Positions 1 to 10,025 of a stretch of 64,000 bases of DNA are shown here, piece after piece. A program made the position numbers and the translations under genes. The notes beneath the pieces were generated by a model, which was not told the DNA's origin, ran no database searches, and saw only the letters and a list, made by a program, of their open reading frames with translations. Source of the DNA: Candidatus Latescibacterota bacterium. Its GTDB lineage: Bacteria > Latescibacterota > UBA2968. The DNA lies in assembly GCA_965204375.1 (NCBI GenBank), contig OZ241986.1, positions 2,624,001-2,688,000 of the forward strand. The letters run 5' to 3'. Each line of letters starts with the position of its first letter. The first letter of the stretch is position 1.

Positions 1-2
1 GA

Positions 3-578
3 TACGACATTGACCTGTGTATTGACTGCCACGGAAAATACAATGTGCGCGATGTGCTCTTACTCGCCCAACGCCTGGAAAAATTCAACCTGATGTTCCT
101 CGAAGACCCCGTACCCCCGGAAAATATCGACGCCATGGGCAAAGTAACGGCTTCGACATCCATACCGATCTGCACGGGCGAATGGGTTCACCGCAGAGAC
201 GGATTTCGCAGGCTCATAGAGAATCAGGCCTGCGACATGCTACACATCGATATCTCAGCGACTGGAGGCATGCTGGAAGGTAAAAAAATCGCAGACCTAG
301 CAGATCTGTACTACATGCCCGCCGCATTCCACAACATCGTATCTCCGCTGGGCATGGTAGCATCTGCGCATGTAGGCGCAGCCGTGCGAAACCTCCACAC
401 CCTGGAACTGCCCTACCACGCAGATCAGATAGAATGGCGATGGGACCTCGTAATCAGCGACGAGCCATTGATTCAGGATGGACAATTTGTCCTCCCAGAA
501 AAACCAGGCCTCGGCGTCGAATTTAACGAGGATTTGGCGCGCGCCCATGTGAAAGAGGGGTATGATTTCTTTGATTAG
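3..578 (+). CDS. Mandelate racemase/muconate lactonizing enzyme (enolase superfamily), 5'-truncated by window edge
   Basis: Open frame from window start (…CIDCHGKYN…FLEDP…CTGE…GGMLEGKKIADLA…FHN…PGLGVEFNE); DxH, EDP, GE and PGLG motifs of the MR/MLE family. Confidence 0.85.
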   Translation, partial: YDIDLCIDCHGKYNVRDVLLLAQRLEKFNLMFLEDPVPPENIDAMGKVTASTSIPICTGEWVHRRDGFRRLIENQACDMLHIDISATGGMLEGKKIADLADLYYMPAAFHNIVSPLGMVASAHVGAAVRNLHTLELPYHADQIEWRWDLVISDEPLIQDGQFVLPEKPGLGVEFNEDLARAHVKEGYDFFD

Positions 579-665
579 ATGTCATGGGAACAGTTTCTCC
601 TTGTTTTATAGTATCGTTATTAGTATCATAAACTCATCAAAGTAATCGAAAACGGAGGACATGCA

Positions 666-992
666 ATGAGTGACCATTACACTTACCGCATCACATGGTC
701 TCCTGAAGACAACGCGCATGTGGGTCTATGCGCTGAATTCCCATCGCTAAGCTGGCTGGCACCTACTCCCGATGAAGCTTTGGACGGCATCCAGCGACTT
801 GTGCGCGAATGCCTTGCAGACATGCACGCAACCGGAGAAGAAATACCGCAACCAATAGCAGACCGCACCTACAGCGGAAAGTTCATAGTGCGCCTACCGC
901 CGGAATCGCACCGTGCTCTCGCCATACAAGCCGCAGAACAAGGTGTGAGCCTGAACCGCCTTGTGAGTGCGCGACTCGCAAACACCACCTGA
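666..992 (+). CDS. hicB: HicB-family antitoxin (RNase-H-like fold + RHH), no cognate hicA
   Basis: YTYRITWSPED…EFPSLSWLA…YSGKFIVRLPPESHRALAIQAAEQGVSLNRLV; GGAGG RBS at 654. Confidence 0.85.
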   Translation: MSDHYTYRITWSPEDNAHVGLCAEFPSLSWLAPTPDEALDGIQRLVRECLADMHATGEEIPQPIADRTYSGKFIVRLPPESHRALAIQAAEQGVSLNRLVSARLANTT

Positions 993-1038
993 TTGATATT
1001 GCAGATTGATGAGTTCTTCTTGTGAGAGGAGTTCCTCG

Positions 1039-2013
1039 ATGAAAGCCATTGAAAAATTAGGATTGGATTACAGATCAGAGATTATAGGACAATCCCTGAT
1101 ATTACAGGCAGATTGTTTTGAATGGTTCAGCCGGATACCCAAAAATAGCATCCATGCAGTTGTGACTGATCCGCCTTATGGCGTTAAAGAATACGATTTG
1201 CAACAACTTAAAAAACGGGAAAGTAAGAATGGAGGAATCTGGCGCATTCCACCCTCATTTGACGGCCATAAACGCGCACCCTTGCCCAGATTTACGGCGT
1301 TAAATCAGAAAGAGCGCGAGACTCTAAGGCAATTCTTTGTAGAATGGGCGCGGCTGGTGGTCAATACACTGCGGCCAGGTGGTCATGTATTTATTGCAAC
1401 CAATGTGTTTCTCTCTCAGTTGGTTCTTTCGGCACTCGTGAAGGGTGGATTGGAATTTCGAGGCCAGTTAATTCGGCTTGTGCGAACACTCCGGGGCGGG
1501 GATCGCCCTAAGAATGCCGAAAAGGAATTTTTCGAGGTATCATCTATGCCGAGAGGCTGTCACGAACCATGGGGAATTCTGCGAAAGCCAATGCTTCCCA
1601 AGATGAAGGTGAGTGACTGTCTGAGAGAATTTCAAACAGGAGGGCTGAGAAGGCGACCTGACGGTACGCCATTTGGCGACGTGATTATGAGTGAACGAAC
1701 TCCGCGAAAAGAACGAGATATTGCGGATCATCCCAGCCTAAAGCCGCAATCGTTCCTCCGGCAGATCGTATATGCGGCTCTTCCGCTTGGAGAGGGTGTG
1801 GTTGTTGATCCGTTTATGGGGTCAGGATCCACAATTGCGGCAGCAGAGGCCGTGGGTATTTCATCTATTGGGATTGAAAGACATCAAGAGTATTTTGAGA
1901 TGAGCAGTGAGGTGATTCCAAAGTTGGCGGTTTTGGAATCTCCATGTGGTATTGGTTTGGATGCACAACTTCAATTCTCTGCGAGATTTGAAAAGCCGAC
2001 AGGCAGATGGTAG
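1039..2013 (+). CDS. Site-specific DNA methyltransferase (N4-C/N6-A, beta class), orphan
   Basis: VVTDPPY catalytic motif precedes HPSLKP and DPFMGSGST SAM-binding motif; AGGAG RBS before ATG 1039. Confidence 0.9.
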   Translation: MKAIEKLGLDYRSEIIGQSLILQADCFEWFSRIPKNSIHAVVTDPPYGVKEYDLQQLKKRESKNGGIWRIPPSFDGHKRAPLPRFTALNQKERETLRQFFVEWARLVVNTLRPGGHVFIATNVFLSQLVLSALVKGGLEFRGQLIRLVRTLRGGDRPKNAEKEFFEVSSMPRGCHEPWGILRKPMLPKMKVSDCLREFQTGGLRRRPDGTPFGDVIMSERTPRKERDIADHPSLKPQSFLRQIVYAALPLGEGVVVDPFMGSGSTIAAAEAVGISSIGIERHQEYFEMSSEVIPKLAVLESPCGIGLDAQLQFSARFEKPTGRW

Positions 2014-2120
2014 GCCAAGCGCACTCTTGTTTGGTTTTAGTCGTTGACAAGAGATAGCAGATTTCTATATTGATGCCGCTTTTGACAAAACTATAGACGC
2101 ACATAGAACAAGGAGGAATT

Positions 2121-3278
2121 ATGGAACTCAACATCGGCATGATCGGATATTCATTCATGGGCAAAGCGCACAGCAATGGATTCCGCCAACTGCCCGCATT
2201 TTTTCCCGAGCTCGGCGTAAAACCCGTATTAAAAGTAATCTGTGGGCGCAACCACGACGCCGTAAAAGACGCGGCTGAAACATACCAATGGGAAGAATAC
2301 GAAACCGACTGGGAAAAAGTCATAGATCGAGACGACATCGACGTCATCGACATCTGCACACCCGGCGACCAGCACCTGCCCATGGCACTCGCCGCATTAA
2401 AAGCTGGCAAACACGTCATCTGCGAAAAACCCCTCACAAACACCCTCGCAGAAGCCAGAGAATTATTGGCCGTGGCTGAAAACACAAACAAAAAAACCAT
2501 GGTCGCATTCAACTACCGCCGCGTACCCGCAGTGGCATTGGCGCGGCAATTGATCGCCGAAGGACGGATTGGAGAAATTTATCACTGGCGCGCCGTGTAC
2601 TTGCAAGACTGGATCATCGACCCCGACTTTCCGCTCGTCTGGCGATTGGAAAAAGACAAAGCCGGTTCGGGACCGCACGGCGACTTGAACGCGCATATCA
2701 TCGACCTCGCCCTGCATCTCGTAGGCGACATCGACAGCGTGGTCGGCGCAGATACCACCTTCATCAAAGAACGCCCTCTGCTCGAAGCCGCTGATGCGGG
2801 CCTGGGTGCGCAAGGCGGCGAACAAATGGGGCAGGTAACCGTTGACGATGCCACCATGTTTTTGGCCCGGTTCCAAAACGGCGCACTCGGCACATTTGAA
2901 GCCACGCGCTTTGCTGCTGGACGGCGCAACTACAACCATTTTGAAATCAACGGAAGCAAAGGCAGCATCGCATTCAACCTGCAAAAAATGAACGAATTGC
3001 AATTCTATTCGCGCGACGACGAAGATCACATCCAGGGCTTCCGCGAAATTATCGTAGGTGAAGGCAGTCAACCCTTCATGGGCGCGTGGTGGCCGCCGGG
3101 ACACATTATCGGCTGGGAACACACATTCACGCATGAATTCAGAGACTTCTTTGAAGCAATTGCACAGGATGGAACCTTTTCTCCCGACTTTGCCGAAGGC
3201 ACCAAGGTACAGGCCGTCCTGGAAGCCGTAGTCGATTCGGCAGCGACAAAAACCTGGCAGGATGTGCCAAAAATTTGA
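2121..3278 (+). CDS. Gfo/Idh/MocA family oxidoreductase
   Basis: IGMIGYSFMG Rossmann motif, KHVICEKPL, AFNYRR, GDLNAHIIDL. Confidence 0.92.
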   Translation: MELNIGMIGYSFMGKAHSNGFRQLPAFFPELGVKPVLKVICGRNHDAVKDAAETYQWEEYETDWEKVIDRDDIDVIDICTPGDQHLPMALAALKAGKHVICEKPLTNTLAEARELLAVAENTNKKTMVAFNYRRVPAVALARQLIAEGRIGEIYHWRAVYLQDWIIDPDFPLVWRLEKDKAGSGPHGDLNAHIIDLALHLVGDIDSVVGADTTFIKERPLLEAADAGLGAQGGEQMGQVTVDDATMFLARFQNGALGTFEATRFAAGRRNYNHFEINGSKGSIAFNLQKMNELQFYSRDDEDHIQGFREIIVGEGSQPFMGAWWPPGHIIGWEHTFTHEFRDFFEAIAQDGTFSPDFAEGTKVQAVLEAVVDSAATKTWQDVPKI

Positions 3279-3297
3279 GTTAAAACAGGAGTGAAAA

Positions 3298-4296
3298 ATG
3301 GCAAGACCAGTTACGTTATTCACCGGACAGTGGGCGGACTTGACACTGGAAGTCATGTTGCAAAAAGCCAGAGACTTTGGCTATGACGGCGTGGAACTCG
3401 CATGTTGGGGCGACCACATGGACGTGCGCGAAGCCGCATCGAACGACGGCTATGTGCGCGAAAAAAAGGAATTGCTCGAACAATACGGCATGCAGTGCTT
3501 TGCCATTAGCAATCACCTGGCCGGGCAGGCCGTATGCGACAATATCGACGCGCGGCACGAGGCGATATTGCCGCCCCATGTATGGGGCGATGGCGATCCC
3601 GAAGGCGTGCGACAACGCGCCGCCGAAGAAATGATAGCAACAGCCGAAGCCGCAAACGCCATGGGCCTGACCGTGGTCAATGGCTTTACCGGATCCTCAA
3701 TATGGCATCTGTTGTACTCTTTCCCCCCGGTGTCACCTGATCAGATCGACGCGGGATTTAGCGACTTTGCAGACCGCTGGAATCCCATTCTGGATGCTTT
3801 TCAAAAGAACGACGTGCGATTCGCACTCGAAGTGCATCCAACGGAAATCGCATTTGATATAGCTTCATCTGCCCGGGCATTAGAGGCACTGGAAAACCGA
3901 CCGGAATTTGGCTTCAATTACGACCCCAGCCATCTGGTCTATCAAAATGTGGATTATGTTGGCTTTATCCGCGAGTTCAGCGACCGGATCTATCACGTCC
4001 ACATGAAAGACTCTTACCTGTCGCCCACCCCCAAACGAGCGGGTATATTTGGTGGGCATACAAATTTCGGCGACCCAGACCGCAGTTGGGATTTCCGCTC
4101 GGTGGGTCGCGGTAGCGTGGATTTCGAAGAAATTATTCGCGCATTAAACGACATTGGCTACGATGGACCGCTCTCAGTCGAGTGGGAAGATTCGGGCATG
4201 GACCGCGAACACGGCGCAACCGAATCCTGCGCCTTTGTCAATGAAATCGACTTTGAACCCTCAGACGTGGCATTTGACGCGGCGTTTGAAGAGTAG
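3298..4296 (+). CDS. Sugar phosphate isomerase/epimerase (xylose-isomerase-like TIM barrel)
   Basis: [38 protein letters not shown] metal-binding motifs; paired with the Gfo/Idh/MocA gene. Confidence 0.9.
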   Translation: MARPVTLFTGQWADLTLEVMLQKARDFGYDGVELACWGDHMDVREAASNDGYVREKKELLEQYGMQCFAISNHLAGQAVCDNIDARHEAILPPHVWGDGDPEGVRQRAAEEMIATAEAANAMGLTVVNGFTGSSIWHLLYSFPPVSPDQIDAGFSDFADRWNPILDAFQKNDVRFALEVHPTEIAFDIASSARALEALENRPEFGFNYDPSHLVYQNVDYVGFIREFSDRIYHVHMKDSYLSPTPKRAGIFGGHTNFGDPDRSWDFRSVGRGSVDFEEIIRALNDIGYDGPLSVEWEDSGMDREHGATESCAFVNEIDFEPSDVAFDAAFEE

Positions 4297-4377
4297 CTTT
4301 CAGCAGTCAACTTTCAGCAGTCAGCCCTCCCATCCACCACCCAAATAGGGCGGAATAGTGAGGGCTGACATTTTTTT
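4297..4377 (+). terminator. Tandem CTTTCAGCAGTCA repeat plus hairpin and U-tract (probable intrinsic terminator)
   Basis: CTTTCAGCAGTCA x2; GTCAGCCCTC (4320-4329) pairs with GAGGGCTGAC (4360-4369) followed by T7; the loop is long. Confidence 0.5.
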
Positions 4378-4389
4378 GGGGAATACACA

Positions 4390-5943
4390 ATGGCACGTTA
4401 TCTATTTCTCGCAATATTGATGTTAATAACCGCTTGCGGACAACAAACCGGGCGCACGGTTGTATTTGGGCGCGGTGGCGATTCGGTCGGACTGGATCCC
4501 GCGCTGGAGACAGACGGCGAATCGTTTAAAGTATGCGATAACATTTACGAAACACTCGTCGCATTTGTGCCCGAACGCACCGATCTCGCACCCGGATTAG
4601 CCACGTCCTGGCAGGCATCAGAAGACGGTTTAACCTGGACATTTCAGTTGCGCGAAAATGTCGTCTTTCACGACAACACGCCCTTTACCGCCGATGCCGT
4701 CGTCTTTTCACTCGCGCGGCAATTTGAGCCAGACCACCCTTTCAACAAAGTAGAAGGCGCGTATCAATACTGGGCGGGCATGTCCATGAGCGACATCGTA
4801 AAAGACGTCCGCAAAATAGACGACCTGACCGTATCCATTGACCTGAAACGCCCCAACGCACCTTTTCTCGCAAATCTGACAATGAATTTTTGCGCCATCG
4901 TCAGCCCTGTTGCCGTCGAAAAATGGGGAGCTGATTTTGCTCGGCATCCCGTAGGCACAGGTCCATTTCGCTTTGTCGAATGGATTAAAGACGACCGCGT
5001 GGTATTAGAACGCAATCCCGATTATTGGGGACCTGCCCCCAAAATTGATCGCCTGATTTTTAGAAGCATTCCCGAAAACTCCGTCCGACTAATCGCGCTA
5101 ACTCAGGGATCTATTGACGGCATGGACAACCTCGTGCCAGACTTCTTGCCGACAATCGAATCGGATGAAAATCTCACATTGCTATCTCAGTCGGGAATGA
5201 ACGTGGGCTATCTGGCAATGAACATGGACAAAGAGCCATTCCAGAACCTCAATGTGCGGCGCGCCATAAACCACGCAATCAACAAACAAGCCCTGATCGA
5301 CAACTTGTATCAGGGCCTGGCCATTCCCGCGGTCAATCCCATTCCACCAACCCTCTGGAGTTATCGGCAAGAAACCCCTGGCTATGAATACAATCCAGAA
5401 AAAGCCAGAACGCTCCTATCCGACGCGGGATTCCCGAACGGATTCAAAACCACCCTCTGGGCAATGCCCGTACCTCGTCCCTATATGCCACAGCCGCAGA
5501 AAATCGCTCAGGCGATTCAGGCTGATTTACAAATAATCGGCATCGAAGCTGAAATCGTCACCTATGAATGGGGAACATATCTGGACAAAGTCCAGCGAGG
5601 ACAGCACGACATGGCACTGCTGGGCTGGACCGGGGACAACGGCGATCCCGACAACTTCCTCTATATTCTGCTGGACAAAAGCGCGACCCAAATGCCAGCC
5701 AATAACATTGCCTTTTACCGCAGCGACCCCTTGCACGAAGTATTGGTGACTGCCCAGAAAGAATCCGACAAAGCGAAACGCACGGCCCTGTATCAAAAGG
5801 CTCAAGAAATCGTCTTTCACGACGCCCCCTGGGTCCCCCTCGTACACGCAACCCAAACAGCGGCATTCCGCACCCGCGTCAAAGGATTTAAGCTACACCC
5901 CACCGGGAGCAAATGGTTTCACGATGTGATGATTGAAGAGTAA
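4390..5943 (+). CDS. dppA: Dipeptide/oligopeptide ABC transporter substrate-binding lipoprotein
   Basis: Lipobox ITAC; PVGTGPF, TTLWAMPVPRPYMP, GWTGDNGDPDNF motifs typical of DppA (SBP_bac_5). Confidence 0.9.
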   Translation: MARYLFLAILMLITACGQQTGRTVVFGRGGDSVGLDPALETDGESFKVCDNIYETLVAFVPERTDLAPGLATSWQASEDGLTWTFQLRENVVFHDNTPFTADAVVFSLARQFEPDHPFNKVEGAYQYWAGMSMSDIVKDVRKIDDLTVSIDLKRPNAPFLANLTMNFCAIVSPVAVEKWGADFARHPVGTGPFRFVEWIKDDRVVLERNPDYWGPAPKIDRLIFRSIPENSVRLIALTQGSIDGMDNLVPDFLPTIESDENLTLLSQSGMNVGYLAMNMDKEPFQNLNVRRAINHAINKQALIDNLYQGLAIPAVNPIPPTLWSYRQETPGYEYNPEKARTLLSDAGFPNGFKTTLWAMPVPRPYMPQPQKIAQAIQADLQIIGIEAEIVTYEWGTYLDKVQRGQHDMALLGWTGDNGDPDNFLYILLDKSATQMPANNIAFYRSDPLHEVLVTAQKESDKAKRTALYQKAQEIVFHDAPWVPLVHATQTAAFRTRVKGFKLHPTGSKWFHDVMIEE

Positions 5944-6082
5944 GCGATCAATGTATCGGACATCTTTTTAAAAGCGACTCTTGCTCTGATCTCCAAAATC
6001 CTGTATCTATAGCGTACAACTAAACTTCTGTTAAACTTGTACACCGTCCGACAGGTTTATCCCGATCCAGAGAATTGATACC

Positions 6083-6862
6083 ATGTCAGATACGACAACA
6101 CAGTTGCATCCTGATCCCAAAGCCTGCGCTGTCGCCCGTGCGGTCTGCGACGTGGTCCATCCCAACACCGTTATCCTGTTCGGGTCCCGCGCCCGGGGCG
6201 ACTTTACGCCCGATTCCGATATTGACCTGCTCATCATCACTGACGCCCAGCAGATAGATCGGCAGGAATACATGCGCACCAGTGAGGCGGCTCGCCGCAA
6301 AGTCCAAGAAGTTTACGGCCACTCCATGGGCGTTGACCTGGTCCACCTGAGCGAGGACGTTTTCCACGACGGTCGCCGTGCCCGAAATCATGTCGCAGGG
6401 CAGGCTGTCCGCGATGGCGTCGATATACATGGCGCAAAAATAATCTATGACAATCCGGAACCGACCAACTGGCCCGACATACGACAGCGAATCATCAATG
6501 CCGAACGGGAACTCCGCGTTCTGGAAGACCTGGTAGAGGCAAATTCGGCACCGGAGGCCATCGGCTTCCACGCCCAACAGGCCCTTGAAAACGCGCTAAA
6601 AGGCTGGATTTCAGCACTCGACACCGACTACAAAAACACCCACGACCTATCCGACCTATCCGCTATCATCCGAACCCATCTCGAAGAGAACGACACGCCC
6701 GCCGGTGAAAAGCTGACATGGCTAACCGACTATGCCGTAAGATACCGCTATCACGGCATAGAGGTCTGCGTGGAAGATCGCTTCGAGTTGCTCGCTGCGG
6801 TAAAAGAAACCGTAGAGACCATCATCGCCCGCATTCGAATACTGAGCAAAATGACTGAATAG
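6083..6862 (+). CDS. Fused minimal nucleotidyltransferase (MNT) - HEPN domain protein
   Basis: N-term LFGSRARGDFTPDSDIDL (GSx10DxD); C-term GFHAQQALENALKG…THDL…YAVRYRY (HEPN). Confidence 0.85.
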   Translation: MSDTTTQLHPDPKACAVARAVCDVVHPNTVILFGSRARGDFTPDSDIDLLIITDAQQIDRQEYMRTSEAARRKVQEVYGHSMGVDLVHLSEDVFHDGRRARNHVAGQAVRDGVDIHGAKIIYDNPEPTNWPDIRQRIINAERELRVLEDLVEANSAPEAIGFHAQQALENALKGWISALDTDYKNTHDLSDLSAIIRTHLEENDTPAGEKLTWLTDYAVRYRYHGIEVCVEDRFELLAAVKETVETIIARIRILSKMTE

Positions 6863-6922
6863 GAAAGTGATGGGCAGCTTATCACAGCACGTCAAAAAAG
6901 TTAGCTCACTATCCCAAAAAAT

Positions 6923-6953
6923 AAAACGCTTCCATTTTTCCTGGAAGCGTTTT
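6923..6953. terminator. Intrinsic terminator hairpin
   Basis: AAAACGCTTCCA-N7-TGGAAGCGTTTT perfect inverted repeat. Confidence 0.75.
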
Positions 6954-7009
6954 GGGTTTTGTCTATTAAGTAGGAACAAACACAATAGTGTAGCACGTAA
7001 TACGGTTTG

Positions 7010-7038
7010 TTGACACCCTTTTGAATTTGGGCTATATT
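7010..7038 (+). promoter_or_regulatory. sigma70-type promoter for the helical protein/HNH pair
   Basis: TTGACA-17 bp-TATATT. Confidence 0.6.
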
Positions 7039-7145
7039 GCTTGAAAGATCACTCTAATTTTTTAAAATACGATCTTATAGCGCATACAACAGACGTCATA
7101 GTTTGTAAAAAAATAATAACTTAAAATACGTCCCGGAGTTTAGTA

Positions 7146-7526
7146 ATGGCAACATTTACTGTTGATGAATTGGTCAAAGCTGCTGAGCAATTGCCTCAAA
7201 TAGATTTGGAGAATTTGACGGCGCAGGTACTTACACTCAAGGCAAGGCGCACAGCACCAGAATTGTCGAAAAATGAAGCCGAGTTACTCCGGAATGTCAA
7301 CCGGGGAATACCTGATGCGTTACAGAATCGATATCGAGAACTTATTGCCAGCAGACGCGCAGAAACACTGACCGGATCCGAACAGGCCGAATTGCTTCAC
7401 CTGACAAATCAGGTTGAAAAATATGATACAGAACGGCTGAAATATCTTACTGAACTTGCCAATATTCGAAAAATTTCTCTGACAGAACTTTTGGATGAAC
7501 TCGGCATTGAACCAGCCTATACATAA
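7146..7526 (+). CDS. Small all-helical hypothetical protein, putative antitoxin partner of the HNH nuclease
   Basis: 126 aa, helical (…RYRELIASRRAETLTGSEQAELLHLT…LTELANIRKISLTELLDELGI); 3 bp upstream of the HNH gene. Confidence 0.7.
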   Translation: MATFTVDELVKAAEQLPQIDLENLTAQVLTLKARRTAPELSKNEAELLRNVNRGIPDALQNRYRELIASRRAETLTGSEQAELLHLTNQVEKYDTERLKYLTELANIRKISLTELLDELGIEPAYT

Positions 7527-7529
7527 GCT

Positions 7530-7958
7530 GTGAACACGAGACTGAAACAAGCTGTTATTCGTCGTGCCCGGGGATGCTGTGAATACTGTCAGAGCCAGGC
7601 TCGTTTTGCAACCCATCCATTCTCTATTGAGCATATTCATCCGCTTAGTCGCGGAGGCGAAGATACGCTCAATAATTTGGCTCTGGCTTGCCAAGGATGT
7701 AATAACCACAAATATACCAAAGTTGAGGCACTTGATCCCGTCAATGGTCAGCCCGTTCCACTCTTTCATCCAAGACAGCAATTTTGGATCGACCATTTCA
7801 GATGGGCGGATGGCTTCACCCACATTGTCGGAATTACGCCAACAGGTCGTGCAACTGTAGAGGCTTTACAACTGAACCGTAGAGGTCTGGTAAATTTGCG
7901 CCGAATCCTATTCGCCGCAGGTGTACACCCGCCATCAAATTTTGATCAAAATAGATAA
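7530..7958 (+). CDS. HNH endonuclease (Zn-binding)
   Basis: CCEYC…IEHIHPLSRGG…NLALACQGCNNHK; C-term PLFHPRQQFWIDHF…TPTGRATVEALQLN. Confidence 0.9.
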   Translation: MNTRLKQAVIRRARGCCEYCQSQARFATHPFSIEHIHPLSRGGEDTLNNLALACQGCNNHKYTKVEALDPVNGQPVPLFHPRQQFWIDHFRWADGFTHIVGITPTGRATVEALQLNRRGLVNLRRILFAAGVHPPSNFDQNR

Positions 7959-8000
7959 ATCTCCATAAAACTCCTTCAAAGATTGCTGTATCGGCCACAA

Positions 8001-8033
8001 AAAGCCCAACAGTCTAAACCGTTGGGCTTCTTC
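8001..8033 (+). terminator. Intrinsic terminator after the HNH gene
   Basis: AAGCCCAAC…GTTGGGCTT followed by a T-rich tract. Confidence 0.65.
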
Positions 8034-8116
8034 TATTAATGGATATTGCGCTTCGATTAAATTTGTCGGATATTGCCTAGGTATTCATTACGACAACTCT
8101 TTTTAAACAACTACCC

Positions 8117-9127
8117 ATGCACATCTATATCCTCAAAAGATTACTGGCACTGATCCCTACCCTATTGGGCATCACAGTGCTGGTTTTTTTTATGGTACAT
8201 CTCGTACCTGGAGACCCGGCACAGATCATGCTGGGCGAACGGGCAAGTGCCGAAAGTCTGGCAGCCCTGAGGCGCGACCTGGGCCTGGATCAGCCATTGC
8301 ATATACAATTTGGCCGCTATCTATCCGATCTGCTACAAGGTGATCTGGGAAGGTCAATTAAATCGCACGAACGGGTATCCGTCGAACTAATGGCGCGTTT
8401 TCCCGCCACTATGGAATTGACATTCGCAAGCATGATTTTTGCCTGCATACTCGGCATTGGTGCAGGTGTAGCATCCGCTGTTCGGCGCGGCACATGGTGG
8501 GATTATATCGGCATGACCGCATCATTGGCAGGAGTCTCAGTGCCGATATTCTGGCTGGGATTACTGCTCATCCTCGCCCTTGCAGTCTCCCTACCGTTAT
8601 TTCCCGTCTCCGGACGACTCAGTTCCCATGTATTTATCCCCACATGGACCGGATTTTACCTCATAGACAGCTTGATCGCAGGTGACCTTCCGAGTTTCGG
8701 CGATGCCCTCTGGCATTTAATCTTACCGGGCATAACACTGGGCACCGTGCCCGCTGCTGTTATCGCGCGCATGACCCGATCGAGCTTGCTGGAAGTCTTG
8801 CGTGAAGATTATGTGCGCACTGCCTGGGCAAAAGGCTTGTCTGAACGGGTTGTCATATTGCGCCATGCACTGAAAAACGCATTCATCCCCGTCTTAACCG
8901 TAATCAGCTTGCAATTCGGCTATCTATTGGGCGGCGCTGTCTTGACCGAAAGTATCTTTGCCTGGCCTGGGGTCGGGCGCTGGTTGCTCCTCTCGGTTTA
9001 CGCGCGCGACTTTCGGGCAATTCAAGGGGGCGTACTAATTGTCGCTACCACCTTTGTCCTCATCAACTTAATCGCAGATCTGTTATACGCCTGGCTGGAT
9101 CCAAGGATCAAATACGGTAAGGAATGA
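8117..9127 (+). CDS. dppB: Dipeptide ABC transporter permease
   Basis: LVPGDPA…LGLDQPL…ARMTRSSLLEVLREDYVRTAWAKGL (EAA-type loop). Confidence 0.92.
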   Translation: MHIYILKRLLALIPTLLGITVLVFFMVHLVPGDPAQIMLGERASAESLAALRRDLGLDQPLHIQFGRYLSDLLQGDLGRSIKSHERVSVELMARFPATMELTFASMIFACILGIGAGVASAVRRGTWWDYIGMTASLAGVSVPIFWLGLLLILALAVSLPLFPVSGRLSSHVFIPTWTGFYLIDSLIAGDLPSFGDALWHLILPGITLGTVPAAVIARMTRSSLLEVLREDYVRTAWAKGLSERVVILRHALKNAFIPVLTVISLQFGYLLGGAVLTESIFAWPGVGRWLLLSVYARDFRAIQGGVLIVATTFVLINLIADLLYAWLDPRIKYGKE

Positions 9128-9136
9128 CAGCACACA

Positions 9137-10006
9137 ATGTCACACATTCAAGACACCTTACAAACACCACCGCAAACCACTGCGCTATTGCTCTGGTATC
9201 GCTTGCGCAAAAACCGTCTCTCCATTGTGGGAAGTATATTGATCGGTATCTTTTTGCTACTCGCCTTCGCAGCACCGTTGATAGCCCCTGCCGATCCAAT
9301 GGCGCAGGCACTCTACAATCGCTTATCGCCCCCAACACTCGAACACCCGTTTGGCACAGATGACTTTGGCCGAGACATATTGAGCCGCGTCATCTATGGC
9401 GCGCGGATTTCCTTACGAGTCGGAGTATTCGCCGTACTGATCGCCCTCGTATTGGGCACTTGCATTGGAGTCGTTGCGGGCTACTGGGGGGGATGGATAG
9501 ATCAAATATTGATGCGTCTGATGGATTTGCTACTCGCCTTTCCGAGCATATTGCTCGCAATCGGCATCGTAGCTATTTTGGGACCCGGCCTGGAAAATGC
9601 GATGTTGGCCGTCGGTATCGTGGCTATGCCGCAATATGCGCGCCTGATTCGCGCATCTGTCTTAACCGTGCGAGAAACCGATTATGTCATGGCCGCACGC
9701 GCCCTGGGGGCATCCGACTGGCGCATACTATGCGTCGCTGTCTTGCCCAATTGTCTCGCCCCATTGATCGTCCAGGCGACATTGGGATTGGCAACCGCGA
9801 TCCTCGACGCTGCTGGACTGAGCTTTCTCGGCCTGGGAGCACAGCCCCCCACCCCCGAATGGGGGGCGATGTTGAGCCAGGGACGCGAACTGATTGTGCG
9901 CGCGCCCTGGGTACTCACCTTTCCCGGTGGGGCGATATTTTTCACTGTACTGGCATTCAATCTGGTCGGCGATGGTCTGCGAGACGCGTTGGATCCAAAG
10001 GCTTAA
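9137..10006 (+). CDS. dppC: Dipeptide ABC transporter permease
   Basis: HPFGTDDFGRDILSRVIYGARISL…LSFLGLGAQPPTPEWG…GDGLRDALDP. Confidence 0.92.
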   Translation: MSHIQDTLQTPPQTTALLLWYRLRKNRLSIVGSILIGIFLLLAFAAPLIAPADPMAQALYNRLSPPTLEHPFGTDDFGRDILSRVIYGARISLRVGVFAVLIALVLGTCIGVVAGYWGGWIDQILMRLMDLLLAFPSILLAIGIVAILGPGLENAMLAVGIVAMPQYARLIRASVLTVRETDYVMAARALGASDWRILCVAVLPNCLAPLIVQATLGLATAILDAAGLSFLGLGAQPPTPEWGAMLSQGRELIVRAPWVLTFPGGAIFFTVLAFNLVGDGLRDALDPKA

Positions 10007-10025
10007 AGGTCAGCACATCCTGGAT

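Noticed and set aside
2463-3356. Long antisense ORFs (e.g. 2463-3356, 33792-34484) and alternate-frame ORFs (9460-10173, 19807-20565)
   Set aside because: They shadow well-supported genes and carry no recognisable motifs
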